From the sequence record MZ234031.1: DNA of 64,000 nt; one strand, given 5' to 3'. Shown piece by piece: positions 27,426 to 38,000 of the stretch. This stretch comes from Escherichia phage vB_EcoM-CHD94UKE2. Within the stretch, counting starts at the first letter, position 1, and the number at the start of each line of letters is the position of its first letter. The translations under genes and the position numbers were made by a program. Below the pieces are notes generated by a model that saw nothing but the letters and a program-made list of their open reading frames with translations, had not been told where the DNA came from and did not search any database.

Positions 27426-27721
27426 TGAATATTAAAAAGTTTCAAATTGATGGAATTAAGAATCAAATCCAGGCGTTGGAATATGCCAATAAAATGATGT
27501 CAACTAATTGGGGAATTTATACAAATGAACCGGCATTTCAGTTCTGTGATATGGAATTCACTAAAAAGCTCGTAGGAAAAGATTATGTATGCCCATTTAG
27601 TTTTCCGGTAAATGGAATGCTAAAACCTGCTTTACGCGATCTTTATATTGCGATGAACGAAGAAATGATAAAAGAATTAAAACGTCAACTGAAGGTGATT
27701 CAATTTGGCCAGGGAAATTAA
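27425..27721 (+). CDS. Hypothetical protein, 98 aa
   Basis: ORF. Confidence 0.45.
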   Translation: MNIKKFQIDGIKNQIQALEYANKMMSTNWGIYTNEPAFQFCDMEFTKKLVGKDYVCPFSFPVNGMLKPALRDLYIAMNEEMIKELKRQLKVIQFGQGN

Positions 27722-27923
27722 TTCAAAATCTGATTATTTTAATTCTCTCAATGATAAAGATAAAAATCTAATACGGCATTTTATTGTTGAGATGGGATAT
27801 ACTGATACACGTGATTTAAGAGAACATATATTTGAATGTGGTGTAGCTAAAAAGTTTTCATTCACATGCAAATGTTTAAGAGAGGTAATTCAGCATTATG
27901 AACAATTTAGTCGCAAAACATAA
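27705..27923 (+). CDS. Hypothetical protein, 72 aa (TTG start per track)
   Basis: ORF; start codon uncertain. Confidence 0.35.
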   Translation: MAREINSKSDYFNSLNDKDKNLIRHFIVEMGYTDTRDLREHIFECGVAKKFSFTCKCLREVIQHYEQFSRKT

Positions 27924-28006
27924 TTTTAATAAAGCTTCTGTCCATAAAGATAAGAAGAAAGCGTTTAAAGAATCTAATCGCAAACAGAAACATAAGGGGA
28001 AGGTCT

Positions 28007-28285
28007 ATGATTATTGATTCTCAATCTGTGGTTCAATATACAATCAAAATTGATATTCTAGAAAAGCTATATAAGTTTCTACCAAATTTATACCACTCAA
28101 TTGTTAATGAATTAGTTGAAGAACTACATCTTGAGAATAATGATTTCTTGATTGGAACTTATAAAGACCTCTCAAAAGCAGGATATTTTTACGTAATTCC
28201 AGCTCCAGGAAAAAGTATTGATGATGTATTAAAAACTATAATGATTTATGTCCATGATTATGAAATTGAAGATTATTTCGAATGA
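28007..28285 (+). CDS. arn: Arn-like anti-restriction protein (McrBC inhibitor)
   Basis: 92 aa acidic protein; size and position upstream of asiA as remembered for T4 Arn. Confidence 0.5.
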   Translation: MIIDSQSVVQYTIKIDILEKLYKFLPNLYHSIVNELVEELHLENNDFLIGTYKDLSKAGYFYVIPAPGKSIDDVLKTIMIYVHDYEIEDYFE

Positions 28286-28434
28286 GTTATAATCTTGAAA
28301 TGGTAATCGAGCATAATGTAGCTCAGGAACGTGAGTCGTTCAAGGAATTCGTAGAAAAAATTTTTGAAGAAAATAACACAGACCAGTTTACAAATCAAAC
28401 GTCTGATGATATTATAACAAAGTCAACTAATTGA
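28282..28434 (+). CDS. Hypothetical small protein, 50 aa
   Basis: ATGA-coupled ORF read by hand. Confidence 0.3.
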   Translation: MSYNLEMVIEHNVAQERESFKEFVEKIFEENNTDQFTNQTSDDIITKSTN

Positions 28435-28447
28435 GTGGTATAAGTTA

Positions 28448-28720
28448 ATGAATAAAAATATTGATACAGTTCGTGAAATTATTACTGTTGCGTCTATTTT
28501 GATTAAATTTTCCAGAGAAGATATTGTTGAGAATCGCGCTAATTTTATTGCATTTCTGAATGAGATTGGAGTAACGCATGAAGGTAGAAAGTTAAATCAG
28601 AATTCATTCCGTAAAATTGTTTCTGAATTAACTCAAGAAGATAAGAAAACCCTCATCGACGAATTCAACGAGGGTTTTGAGGGTGTATATCGATATCTAG
28701 AGATGTATACGAACAAATAA
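28448..28720 (+). CDS. asiA: Anti-sigma70 factor AsiA
   Basis: 90 aa MNKNIDTVREIITVASILIKFSREDIVENRANF... matches remembered T4 AsiA. Confidence 0.85.
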   Translation: MNKNIDTVREIITVASILIKFSREDIVENRANFIAFLNEIGVTHEGRKLNQNSFRKIVSELTQEDKKTLIDEFNEGFEGVYRYLEMYTNK

Positions 28721-29377
28721 TTATTTAGCCCTTCCTAATATTCTGGCCGCCTGAGCACATATTGATTCAAGGCGGTCATTACTTATATGATCATTTCTAT
28801 ACCAGTACATGGTTATTGTTCCAGCATAGATATTATCCAAATTAAAATATGGACAACTGTACATGTAGTTTATTTCGGGAGTAGGCTTTTTAGTTGGTAA
28901 AAAAGCAAATTTTGAGTCGGAATAATAATGACGTCCATTTAAATGAACTGTATATTCATCCATAGTTTTATCAACAGGATATCCTCCAAGTGATTTTTCA
29001 CTTATTGTTGAAGGTAATTTTCCTTCATATGCTATAATATCAACAAAATAGTTTAAGTTTTTAGGGCGGAAAGAATACACCGCACTAAAGTCTGCCTCAG
29101 ATGATATATGAACTATCTGGAGTTGTTCCAGGGCGACAGATTCAAAGCGTGCATTTCTTTCCTTTTCAATAATTTCACTGTATGTTTCATACTTTGATTG
29201 CTTATAGTACTCAAAGAAACTATCTCCCCTATACCAAACAATCGCCATCATAAATAAAAGAATTACGACAGCTACCCGGGAAGCAAGAACTTTCCCGGTA
29301 GCGTTATCTTTGAACAAGCGATCTAGAACACCAAACAGAATACCAGAGGGCGAAAATGATATTCTAGGTGCTGCCAT
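28721..29377 (-). CDS. t: Holin T
   Basis: 218 aa; N-terminal TM (VAVVILLFMMAIVWY) and large C-terminal domain; size matches T4 holin; abuts convergent asiA with zero gap. Confidence 0.85.
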   Translation of the reverse strand: MAAPRISFSPSGILFGVLDRLFKDNATGKVLASRVAVVILLFMMAIVWYRGDSFFEYYKQSKYETYSEIIEKERNARFESVALEQLQIVHISSEADFSAVYSFRPKNLNYFVDIIAYEGKLPSTISEKSLGGYPVDKTMDEYTVHLNGRHYYSDSKFAFLPTKKPTPEINYMYSCPYFNLDNIYAGTITMYWYRNDHISNDRLESICAQAARILGRAK

Positions 29378-29407
29378 AGACCCTCCTTTTAAGGGTATTT
29401 ATTCACA

Positions 29408-30190
29408 TTATACTCTTGGACCATATATTGCTCCAACATTTTGCCATGTTGGAGCGGACCCTATGACAGCATAACCAGCAGCGCCGCCATTATATTCAGA
29501 TCCTTGACCGCGAATATTGCATCTACCTCCCGCGGAACCTACTTCACCACCGTTTCCACCATTATAGATACCATTCACGGATCCTGAGCCAGGTGCAGAA
29601 ATAGTACCGCCAGTCGCGCCTGATTGCATATCAATAGATCCTCCTGGCGCACCAAAAGGACGACCGCCACCACCACCAAAGGTCAATCTCATTTGTGAAA
29701 AAGGAGAATAATATCCGCCGCCGCCACCGCCGCCACCGCCTGCAATAGCTCCGCCATTATTAATTCTTAGTCTCCCACCAATATCGTTTTGAATACAATG
29801 ACCTCCAGCTGAGCCAGGACTATTGCTACCGCCATTACCTCCACGACCATACATCGTTACGCCATGTATATTTAACTGAACATATTCATTTGGTGTATCT
29901 CCGTACATGAAGAATAAAGGAACATCTTTAGAATAAGAAACGATATCACCAACAATATTGAATACAATAGGTGCACCGCCAGCTTCAAAGCATCTATCAC
30001 GGAACCACTGACCATTAAAATTGTGGTTTGCTCCTACAGTATGAATAATTTCTCGTGAGCGACCTGCAAATTGACTCATCCAGCAAGGAACACCCAATCT
30101 TAATTGACCAGCCGCTTGACTCATCCAGCGCTGTCCTGTTTCATTTGCGGCTGAACTTCCAATCCAACCAGGAACACCAACTACTGCCAT
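29408..30190 (-). CDS. 38: Long tail fibre adhesin gp38, T2-type with glycine-rich motifs
   Basis: 260 aa; conserved N-terminus [14 protein letters not shown]...; poly-Gly blocks ([22 protein letters not shown]). Confidence 0.8.
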   Translation of the reverse strand: MAVVGVPGWIGSSAANETGQRWMSQAAGQLRLGVPCWMSQFAGRSREIIHTVGANHNFNGQWFRDRCFEAGGAPIVFNIVGDIVSYSKDVPLFFMYGDTPNEYVQLNIHGVTMYGRGGNGGSNSPGSAGGHCIQNDIGGRLRINNGGAIAGGGGGGGGGYYSPFSQMRLTFGGGGGRPFGAPGGSIDMQSGATGGTISAPGSGSVNGIYNGGNGGEVGSAGGRCNIRGQGSEYNGGAAGYAVIGSAPTWQNVGAIYGPRV

Positions 30191-30226
30191 AATTTATACT
30201 CCAAAGGGGGCATTTCCCCCTTGTTG

Positions 30227-33175
30227 TTAGAATTTAAAATATTTACTAATTTTGCGAGCAATTTTAGTAAAGAGAGGCGTTTTCAATTCTTTAATTTCTT
30301 CACTCATTTCCTGAATAGCCTTAATTAAAAGAGCATTCACAGCAGAGTTAGAAATTGTCAGAACATCAGATCCATCAACTTCAACTTTAGATACAGCTTC
30401 CGGTAATTCCTTTTCAAGGTCCTGAGCAATAATACCAACTTCACGTTTAATAACACTACGGTCTTTAATAGACTTAACTTTATCGTAAATATAAACTTTC
30501 AGTCGGCAAACTTTTTCGACTGCTCCATATTCTAATTCTTCTTTATTAATCTTGAGACGGGAGTCAGAACGAATATACACATCGCTAAAGCTACCATTTC
30601 CTGGTGTATAAAAGAATCCATCATGATGGAATTCAAACACAGCTTGTGGGTGTCCAGCATCAGGAGAAGCCTCCGTGGATCCGACACGAATGATTGCTTG
30701 CCCCCACTGTGATGGAATACGACGCATACCAAAGTCAACAGCGGTGCTATATCCTTGATTGGTTATAACGCTTCTTGCTTTAAGAATAGGATAATAACTA
30801 TCTTGACCAACATAACCATGATCAACGAATAATGGAGCTTCTACTCGCCATTGGTTGCCCCAATCACCCGGTTGTCTAGCAATCCATCCAGAACCGTTAA
30901 TGTGTACACGGTCACGGTTAACGTTAACCATTGCGGTATTTTGCGGGTTTAACGCAATCTCACCATTGTTTGTGATATGTACTGCCGCCTGAGAAGCATA
31001 GCTATAAAATGCTAGCGAATTATCAGCACCACCCTTGCCAATATACCAGTTACCAGTCCCGTCTATGTCACCGCGAATATGCAAAGAATTACTAGCAGTT
31101 GTTGATAATACAATAGAATCATTAGGTGCATTGATTGTTAACCGACCTGTCATCGTATCACCGCCTTTACCTAGGCGAGTATTCAAGGCAGCATCTAAAT
31201 TGGTTGCATCGTTGTATTTCTTCCAGATTGAACCAGCAATGTTACCATCAGTGTTCAAGAATGCTGCGCCAGCATAAACTCGGCTTTGTGACATGAATCG
31301 GCCAGACGGCAAGAAACGCCATATAGCTAATTCAGTGGCTGTAGTTCCAGTAGCGGATAAATCACCCTGAGCAACGATACGATATTCTGAACTAGCAATA
31401 TCCATACCAGAAGCCATAGTAATATTTGTTACAGTGTTTTTCTGTTTAACAATTGGCGCAAACTGGTTTTTATTTGAATCGTCAATAGCCTGATATAATG
31501 GCGCAATGGTAGTATTCTGATTTGCGTAAGTATTAGAACCAGAACCGCTAGCAGGGGCTTGAATATATGCTCCTGGAGCAAGTGAAATTTTCTGATTAGC
31601 ACCAAGATTAACAGCAGCAGTGATATTCAGCAATCCCCTAAAGTTTTGTTGAGCAGTCCAAGTGTGTGATCCGTCTTCAAGAACAACACGACGACAAGTA
31701 TTAGTCCTACTTCCTGGATTACCAGCGATACGAACAACGAAATAACGATAGTTCGCCTGAGATACAGTACCGCGCCACACTTGAACAGTTCGACCCGTTC
31801 CGGTATGTTCGCTAGGACCGACAGAAAACATAACCAGGTTTCCATCAATCGTGCCCCAATCCATATTTGCTGGCATATTCTTTATTTTGTTCAAAGGAAC
31901 ACTAAACATACTACCAGGGACAAAATCAAAGGTTTGCCAATCTAACTCCGCTAATTGAGCTTTAATACCACCCATACCCAAAGTAATTGGCAGAGAATAA
32001 GATGTATATACTTCGTTCCATGCACCCCACGCACCACCAGTATATGCACGCTCAAAAATACGATCGCGAGTAGTTGCACCCGTTCCTGCGGTAGTGAAAC
32101 GTTGGAAAATAGCACCGCCAGAAGCACGCTGTTTAACTTCCAGCAAACCAACAATAACAGTCGGCAAACCTTCACCTGTAGGACAGTTAATAACGGCATC
32201 AGTGCCTAAAATATTATATAACCCGGGAGTTTTAAAATCATTCAGATCTCCATCATAGAAAGTCGCTGGTGTGCCATGACCAACCTGCTTCCATTCCTCC
32301 CACTTAGGTGCACTAGCATCCCATGCAGCAGCGAGACAACGAGTATAAACCATACCCATGCGGGTAGTATAACGCTGAGTTCTCGTGTATAAACCACCTT
32401 CAAATATTTCTAAAAATCCTTGTGCGGCTGATCCTTCTTCTGGATAATGGCGATCAAATGATGCGATTGCGCTTGAACTGTTTCGCCATAAGCCACAATG
32501 TTCTAATTTTCCCAAGCTATCAAGGTCAATCGTTTGTGAAAGTGGACGAGTTGACGCTTGAACATTACGCCACACACCCCATGGACCATCGACGCCATTC
32601 CATTTAGCAGATAAGGAACGAATATAGACGTTACCAGATCTTACAGTATAACGCTGAGTGCCAGCAAATTGGCCGGCCACAAACACTTCTAGTACACCTA
32701 CGGCATTTTCTTCTGGGAATTTATTTGCTGGTTGCGCATTTGTTGAAGTAGATTTCGACCAAACACCAAGATATTCTTCAATGGGCCCATACGTATCTAA
32801 ATTAGCATCAGTAGGTAATTCGCCATTATTTTTTATAAATGTTGTGCTATTGACATTTATGTCAGATGGAGTTAAGGTAATGTCCTTTGACCCATCAAAA
32901 GATATACCATTAATTTTCCTAGGTGTTTGCAATTTAGTAGCTGTGCTAGAATTTCCAATTAAAGTTCCAGTTATATTTTCTGTAACCTCTAAAGACCCAT
33001 TTATAGTTCCTCCATATTTTAAACCTAATTCTATAACACTACCTGAGTCATCTTTTGTGAAAATTGTTTTATCTTTTAAGTTTATAGCCAATTCACCTTC
33101 GGCTAATACTGAAGCAGCAGGACGTTGACCTGCAGTTTTGCTTCTTTTAAATTGTATTTGTTTTAAAGTAGCCAT
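30227..33175 (-). CDS. 37: Long tail fibre distal subunit gp37 with C-terminal intramolecular chaperone (peptidase S74-like) domain
   Basis: 982 aa; T-even gp37 N-terminus [13 protein letters not shown]...; C-terminal [20 protein letters not shown] ... [15 protein letters not shown] ... [17 protein letters not shown]. Confidence 0.85.
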   Translation of the reverse strand: MATLKQIQFKRSKTAGQRPAASVLAEGELAINLKDKTIFTKDDSGSVIELGLKYGGTINGSLEVTENITGTLIGNSSTATKLQTPRKINGISFDGSKDITLTPSDINVNSTTFIKNNGELPTDANLDTYGPIEEYLGVWSKSTSTNAQPANKFPEENAVGVLEVFVAGQFAGTQRYTVRSGNVYIRSLSAKWNGVDGPWGVWRNVQASTRPLSQTIDLDSLGKLEHCGLWRNSSSAIASFDRHYPEEGSAAQGFLEIFEGGLYTRTQRYTTRMGMVYTRCLAAAWDASAPKWEEWKQVGHGTPATFYDGDLNDFKTPGLYNILGTDAVINCPTGEGLPTVIVGLLEVKQRASGGAIFQRFTTAGTGATTRDRIFERAYTGGAWGAWNEVYTSYSLPITLGMGGIKAQLAELDWQTFDFVPGSMFSVPLNKIKNMPANMDWGTIDGNLVMFSVGPSEHTGTGRTVQVWRGTVSQANYRYFVVRIAGNPGSRTNTCRRVVLEDGSHTWTAQQNFRGLLNITAAVNLGANQKISLAPGAYIQAPASGSGSNTYANQNTTIAPLYQAIDDSNKNQFAPIVKQKNTVTNITMASGMDIASSEYRIVAQGDLSATGTTATELAIWRFLPSGRFMSQSRVYAGAAFLNTDGNIAGSIWKKYNDATNLDAALNTRLGKGGDTMTGRLTINAPNDSIVLSTTASNSLHIRGDIDGTGNWYIGKGGADNSLAFYSYASQAAVHITNNGEIALNPQNTAMVNVNRDRVHINGSGWIARQPGDWGNQWRVEAPLFVDHGYVGQDSYYPILKARSVITNQGYSTAVDFGMRRIPSQWGQAIIRVGSTEASPDAGHPQAVFEFHHDGFFYTPGNGSFSDVYIRSDSRLKINKEELEYGAVEKVCRLKVYIYDKVKSIKDRSVIKREVGIIAQDLEKELPEAVSKVEVDGSDVLTISNSAVNALLIKAIQEMSEEIKELKTPLFTKIARKISKYFKF

Positions 33176-33183
33176 AAGTCCTC

Positions 33184-33834
33184 TTAATAATAGCCGAAAT
33201 CTTGAACAGAATCCTTAATTACGATTTGGTCAAATCGTGGAACGTGTGAAGGTTGAGATGCAGGATTCTGTGAAAAAAGGTTTGGCGCAGTTAAATTTCC
33301 TGTCATAGTGTCTCCAGAGCGTAATACCCTAGAGTTTGCATTTGCTGTAACAGTATTTATTGCTCCATCAACATAATCTTTGCGAGTAACATCAGATGCT
33401 GCGGAAGGAGTAGATGTAACAGTTACCGATGGAGCCGTTACAGCCCTGGTAAATGTTGTCAAACCTTCTGGCGTAATAGTAATTTGTCCAGTAGTGATTT
33501 CACTACCTGCAGGTCTAAAACTAATACCACCGGAAGAGCCGCCAACTACAAGAGTATTACCAGTGCCGCCACCAGAACGAATTCGGATAGGGGTTTCATT
33601 ATTACTTAATTGAAGATAACTATTTACCCCGTAATTAATAGTAATTGGACCGGCGTAAGTACCACCATTAGCTTTAGAAACGAAATCGTTATCAGCTGCC
33701 TGCGGTTTATTATATTCTGAATATATTTTAAATGATTTGTAGAGTACATCGTCACCGGCTGAATTCAATGGAAAATTTCCTTGATGCCAAATGACAGATC
33801 CACCCACAGTTGAACCTACTTTTAAATCAGCCAT
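33184..33834 (-). CDS. 36: Long tail fibre subunit gp36
   Basis: 216 aa ORF between 35 and 37; T4 order and size. Confidence 0.7.
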   Translation of the reverse strand: MADLKVGSTVGGSVIWHQGNFPLNSAGDDVLYKSFKIYSEYNKPQAADNDFVSKANGGTYAGPITINYGVNSYLQLSNNETPIRIRSGGGTGNTLVVGGSSGGISFRPAGSEITTGQITITPEGLTTFTRAVTAPSVTVTSTPSAASDVTRKDYVDGAINTVTANANSRVLRSGDTMTGNLTAPNLFSQNPASQPSHVPRFDQIVIKDSVQDFGYY

Positions 33835-33857
33835 TATATGCCCCTTTATTTTAATAT

Positions 33858-33865
33858 TATTTATA
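33858..33865 (-). promoter_or_regulatory. Late promoter TATAAATA upstream of gene 36
   Basis: Plus-strand TATTTATA = TATAAATA on minus strand, 24 nt upstream of gene 36 ATG. Confidence 0.6.
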
Positions 33866-33873
33866 AAGAAAAA

Positions 33874-33891
33874 GGGAACCCGAAGGCTCCC
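33874..33891 (-). other. Intercistronic UUCG hairpin after gene 35
   Basis: Minus strand GGGAGCC-UUCG-GGUUCCC (one G-U pair) directly after gene 35 stop. Confidence 0.55.
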
Positions 33892-33896
33892 TCAGT

Positions 33897-35012
33897 TTAA
33901 ACTTCTCTAAATTCCTGTCCAAACACTTTGCCAGTTTTAGAAGAGGCTTGTGTAGGAAGTACCATTATATCTGGAGGTGAAGCCGATTCACAGACATAAT
34001 TAACGCGAATACCGTTGACGCCAAATTCGGCAGGTTTTGAAATGCCGCCATTTCTTGATACTTCAGAAAAACTTAAATTTCTCATGCCGCCTTGACCTGC
34101 TTGAGCAGTTCTTTGTGCATATATCGTAAATCCTACGGCGTTTTCTGGAACAACTACATAGTCTTCTTTTAATTCCCAAGACCCAGCTTGCCCAGTAAAC
34201 TCAGCTTGGGTCGAGGAAATATATCCATTTGATGCATCATAAAAACGAATGGATATGTTTGTAGTTCCAAGATCAAGTAAATCAGCATCAGCATATAACT
34301 GTGCTTTAAGATAAAGAACATCACCGGGAATTAAATTATAGTCAGAAAGTTTACTTATAGCAGCTGAAGTTGGCAATCGCGCAATTTCGTTATTAGTTCC
34401 ACCAACTGCTGACATGAATTGCTCTACACTTTCATAAGTTCTTTTTGGAAATCCTGTCGCTCCGACGTCTTCTAAACTATCAAATACAACATCTAAAATA
34501 GTTTGATAATCATCTGTGCTTTTTCTATTACTTAGTTTAACATGCTCTAATGCAATAGCTCTTTTAGAAGAAGTATAAAAAGCAGCATATGATACGTCAA
34601 ATCTTGACAATACTGAATCTGATGGAAAAACTGAAGTTCCTGCTCCCCTTAACCAAGATACCACTTCAGGAGGAAAATTAACCTTTCCGCTAGTTAATAT
34701 AGCAACAAGTCTATTGTTTGACAAAGAATTCATGAAACTGACAAAAGCGGCAGATGTTGTATTGTTTGAAGCAGAAAAAGCATATGACTTGCTATCAACT
34801 AATGCTCCCGTAGAAGGGTCAAAAACTCTTAAATGAAGACCTGCACTAAATGTTTGATTTCCAACGGGATTATCCTGAAATTTAACATATGGCCCCGCAG
34901 TAGAAAGCGGGCAAGAACCCGCTATGCTTATTTTGTATCTTACTGAATTACTTTCCGATAAAAATGGCGTTTGGACGTATCCTTGTCCAAACTCTGCCAT
35001 AAATTTTTCCAT
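33897..35012 (-). CDS. 35: Long tail fibre hinge protein gp35
   Basis: 371 aa; T4 gp35 is 372 aa; position between 34 and 36. Confidence 0.7.
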   Translation of the reverse strand: MEKFMAEFGQGYVQTPFLSESNSVRYKISIAGSCPLSTAGPYVKFQDNPVGNQTFSAGLHLRVFDPSTGALVDSKSYAFSASNNTTSAAFVSFMNSLSNNRLVAILTSGKVNFPPEVVSWLRGAGTSVFPSDSVLSRFDVSYAAFYTSSKRAIALEHVKLSNRKSTDDYQTILDVVFDSLEDVGATGFPKRTYESVEQFMSAVGGTNNEIARLPTSAAISKLSDYNLIPGDVLYLKAQLYADADLLDLGTTNISIRFYDASNGYISSTQAEFTGQAGSWELKEDYVVVPENAVGFTIYAQRTAQAGQGGMRNLSFSEVSRNGGISKPAEFGVNGIRVNYVCESASPPDIMVLPTQASSKTGKVFGQEFREV

Positions 35013-35020
35013 AATACCTC

Positions 35021-38000
35021 TTATTCAACCCATTCAAATTTAACAGTTTTATTCACTGGGTCAGGAATAATGCGAACATTACCAATTCGTAAGAAATCAC
35101 GAATAGTAAGATTACCTATTATTCCATTATCAGATGGGATTGCTCCTATATCCGAAGGTTGAGGAGGGTTACCTCCATCAAATACCTGAACAAAACTTGA
35201 CCAAGAATTTTTAGTTTTCTGCCATGTACGCGTCCAGCGAGTGGTACGTGCTTCTGGAGTCGTTGGATAAGTAATCCAATCTTGGTAAAGCGAATCAAGT
35301 GTGTTACCAAACTGAGTCAATGTACCAGGAGATTTAACTTCTTCGCCACGTTCTAAGTATGGAAGTCCAGTCACTTCATTAGTTTTTTCAACCATTTTAA
35401 AATAACCTGGGAACTGATTATAAGTGGCTGAATCGTTAATATCAATTGACCAGAATCCTACAGTATCAGATGTTGGAGCGCGGGTGTATAAATCAGATGT
35501 TTTAGTGCCCTGAGAACGAATTCTCGAGTTAACAGTTAAACCACCTGAATTTATAGTAGCACCTTTGGCAATGATTAAGCTTTCACCAATCGTTACTTGG
35601 CCAGATGCATTATTAATAGCTAAAGGACGTAATCCATTAAATCCACCAGTCTGATCACCCGATGCAGTAAGCATAAAATTCGTTACTGATCCATCATTGC
35701 GAACAATGAAACCATAATTTCCGTTAATAGCACGGAAAGCATTTGCGCTTCGAGAAATAATTTCACCAGTTGCAGTGACTGAATTACCAAATGTTGCTAC
35801 ACCATTTGCATTCAATGTTCCTGAAGCATTAACATTTATCGGTGTTACTGTACCGTTGATATTAAATGTTATATTTCCAGCTTTATTACGCTGAGAATAA
35901 AAATGACTAGACGTTTCATCACTAACTTCAAATACGGTAGAACGTGTTGTGTCTGATTCCCCGCTAAATTGATTTCCCCACACTCTGACTGTCATCGTTT
36001 GAGCCGGGTTTGTTCCAGTTTGAGGTCCTTTCTCAAAAATCAGACGAGTTGCCGTTCCAGTATTAGAAATAGTTAATGTACTATTTGCTGAAACTGATCC
36101 ACCGAATGTAGCAGTACTAGATGATACAAGAGGGGCACCCAGATTCGTTTGTTGGGTTAAGGTTAGTGAACCATTAACTGTTTGTGCAATGTCCCTACGA
36201 ATGAACTGGAGCGAATCTAGACCATCTAATAAATTACTATCTACAGCTTTTGCTTTTAATGGCAAATAATTTGCTAATACGCGATTTAATTCATATGGTG
36301 ATACTGCATAACCATTTTTCTCATATGATTCTAATGGCTGTGTTGAACCTACCGTATCATTACCAACAAACGTTAATGAACCAGAAGAAGTTTTAACAAA
36401 CCCTCTTATCAGAGTAGTTGCTGCCCAAGTTGGTTCACTCTGCACAATCCATTTTAAATTTTTTGGAGATACAGCAGTATTTGCTGACGTTCCAGTCACA
36501 GTTTCAGACTGAGTTGCAACTTTAATAACACCTTCTTGCGATTCGGTAGATTTAGTACCTAAAAGCTTTTTAGGAGTTATTAAAACATTATCTAATGTTC
36601 CTGCAGCAGCTTCAACTTGTGTAGCTACACGAAGTGTACCACGCTGTGTCTCATTTGCTTCAAGAATATTAAGGGTATAATGGTCCCAGAGAGTTCCTGA
36701 TTCAACTAATCCAGATAGAGCAACAACAGAAGTACGATCAGTACTATTAAATCTGGTTTTAATTTTTAATGGTGTAGAGATACGAGTATCGTCGACGCCT
36801 GCGTCGAATTCAACTTGCGTAGCAATTTCAGCTATACCACTTAAACTTTCAGTTGCTCTACGGTCATTTAAAGTTTTAGGAGTGACTGCGCGAGTATAAT
36901 CAGTTCCTGTATTAACTTCGCTTTGCGTAGCAATTTCAATTAAACCAATTCTTCCATCAGTTGATGTCTTTTTATGTAACGTTTCTGGTGTTACAACCGC
37001 ATTTGCCCATCCTTCTTGGCTTTGTCCAGCAATTACTTCACTTTCAACTGCTAAAATTACTGCGCCTTGTTGCGTTGGAGTAGCTTTATACTGATCCAAA
37101 GCTTTAGGTGAAACAACTAAATTATTAGTGTTTTTATTATAAACATTCGTACCATTTAATTCACGACTAGAAGCTGGAGTAGCTCCTGCGGTAGATACAA
37201 AAGTTACAATACCAGATAATGATTCAGAACCTTGACGAGCTTGAAGCTTTTTAGGAGTGATGATTGTAGTATCATCAGTACCTGTATTAGTTTCCTGCTG
37301 CGTAGCAATTTCAGCGACACCTCTACGAGTTTCTGTAGCAGTTCTTTCATTCAGCTTTTTAGGAGTGATGATAAGGTCATCTGCAAAAGAGAATGTGGTG
37401 TTCTGATTTACTTGAGCAGTAGTTGCTATTCTTGCAATACCTCTGCGAGTTTCAGTAGCAGTACGATTAGCTAACGTTTCTGGAGTAATTGCCAATTCTT
37501 TTTGCGGAGAATTTTCTAAATCAGCATTTGCTTGAGCTTGTGTAGCTAAAGCAATTACGCCTAATCTTGCTCTAGTAGAAGCATTTAAAGAGTCTACTCT
37601 TTCTACAGTTGGAACGTTTTGCTGTACAACCCAGTATTTTCCATCAGAATCTTCTATATAAGCAAGTTGTAAAACTGGAACATAATTAGTTTCACCGTTA
37701 AAAACTAATTCTTGAACTGTTACCCATTCAGCTTCAGGCGGATATTCTGAACGTTTTGGGAATTGCAGCAATTGAACTGAAGAAGCAATTTTATCTTCAC
37801 CAGCAGCTTTGATTTTAACTGTTTGTCCTTTTCTCATGTAATTCATGGAAATTTTAACAGTATCACCAACAGAAATATCAGTCGGAAGCTGAAGTTCAAT
37901 TGTTTGGGTTGTTCCATTATTCGCGCCAAATACCATGACTTCTTCATTTGGACGAATATTTGAATTAGTTGTTATAATGCGTAAACGTGCTTTACTATCC

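Noticed and set aside
30191-30201. TATAAAT directly upstream of gene 38 as a late promoter
   Set aside because: It lies within 9 nt of the start codon, so a transcript starting downstream of it could not include the ribosome-binding site; more likely part of the SD/spacer region.
31035-33128. Antisense and alternate-frame ORFs inside tail-fibre genes (31035..31277, 31955..32209, 32658..33128, 37232..37474 and others)
   Set aside because: They lie wholly inside long, well-supported coding sequences in a G+C-richer region where random ORFs are frequent, and have no SD or promoter.
30227-33175. gp37 with an S74-like C-terminal chaperone combined with a separate gp38 adhesin, considered as a novel chimeric tail fibre
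   Set aside because: This is the established T2-type architecture: gp37 is C-terminally processed after trimerisation and gp38 then attaches as adhesin. Interesting for host range but not new.
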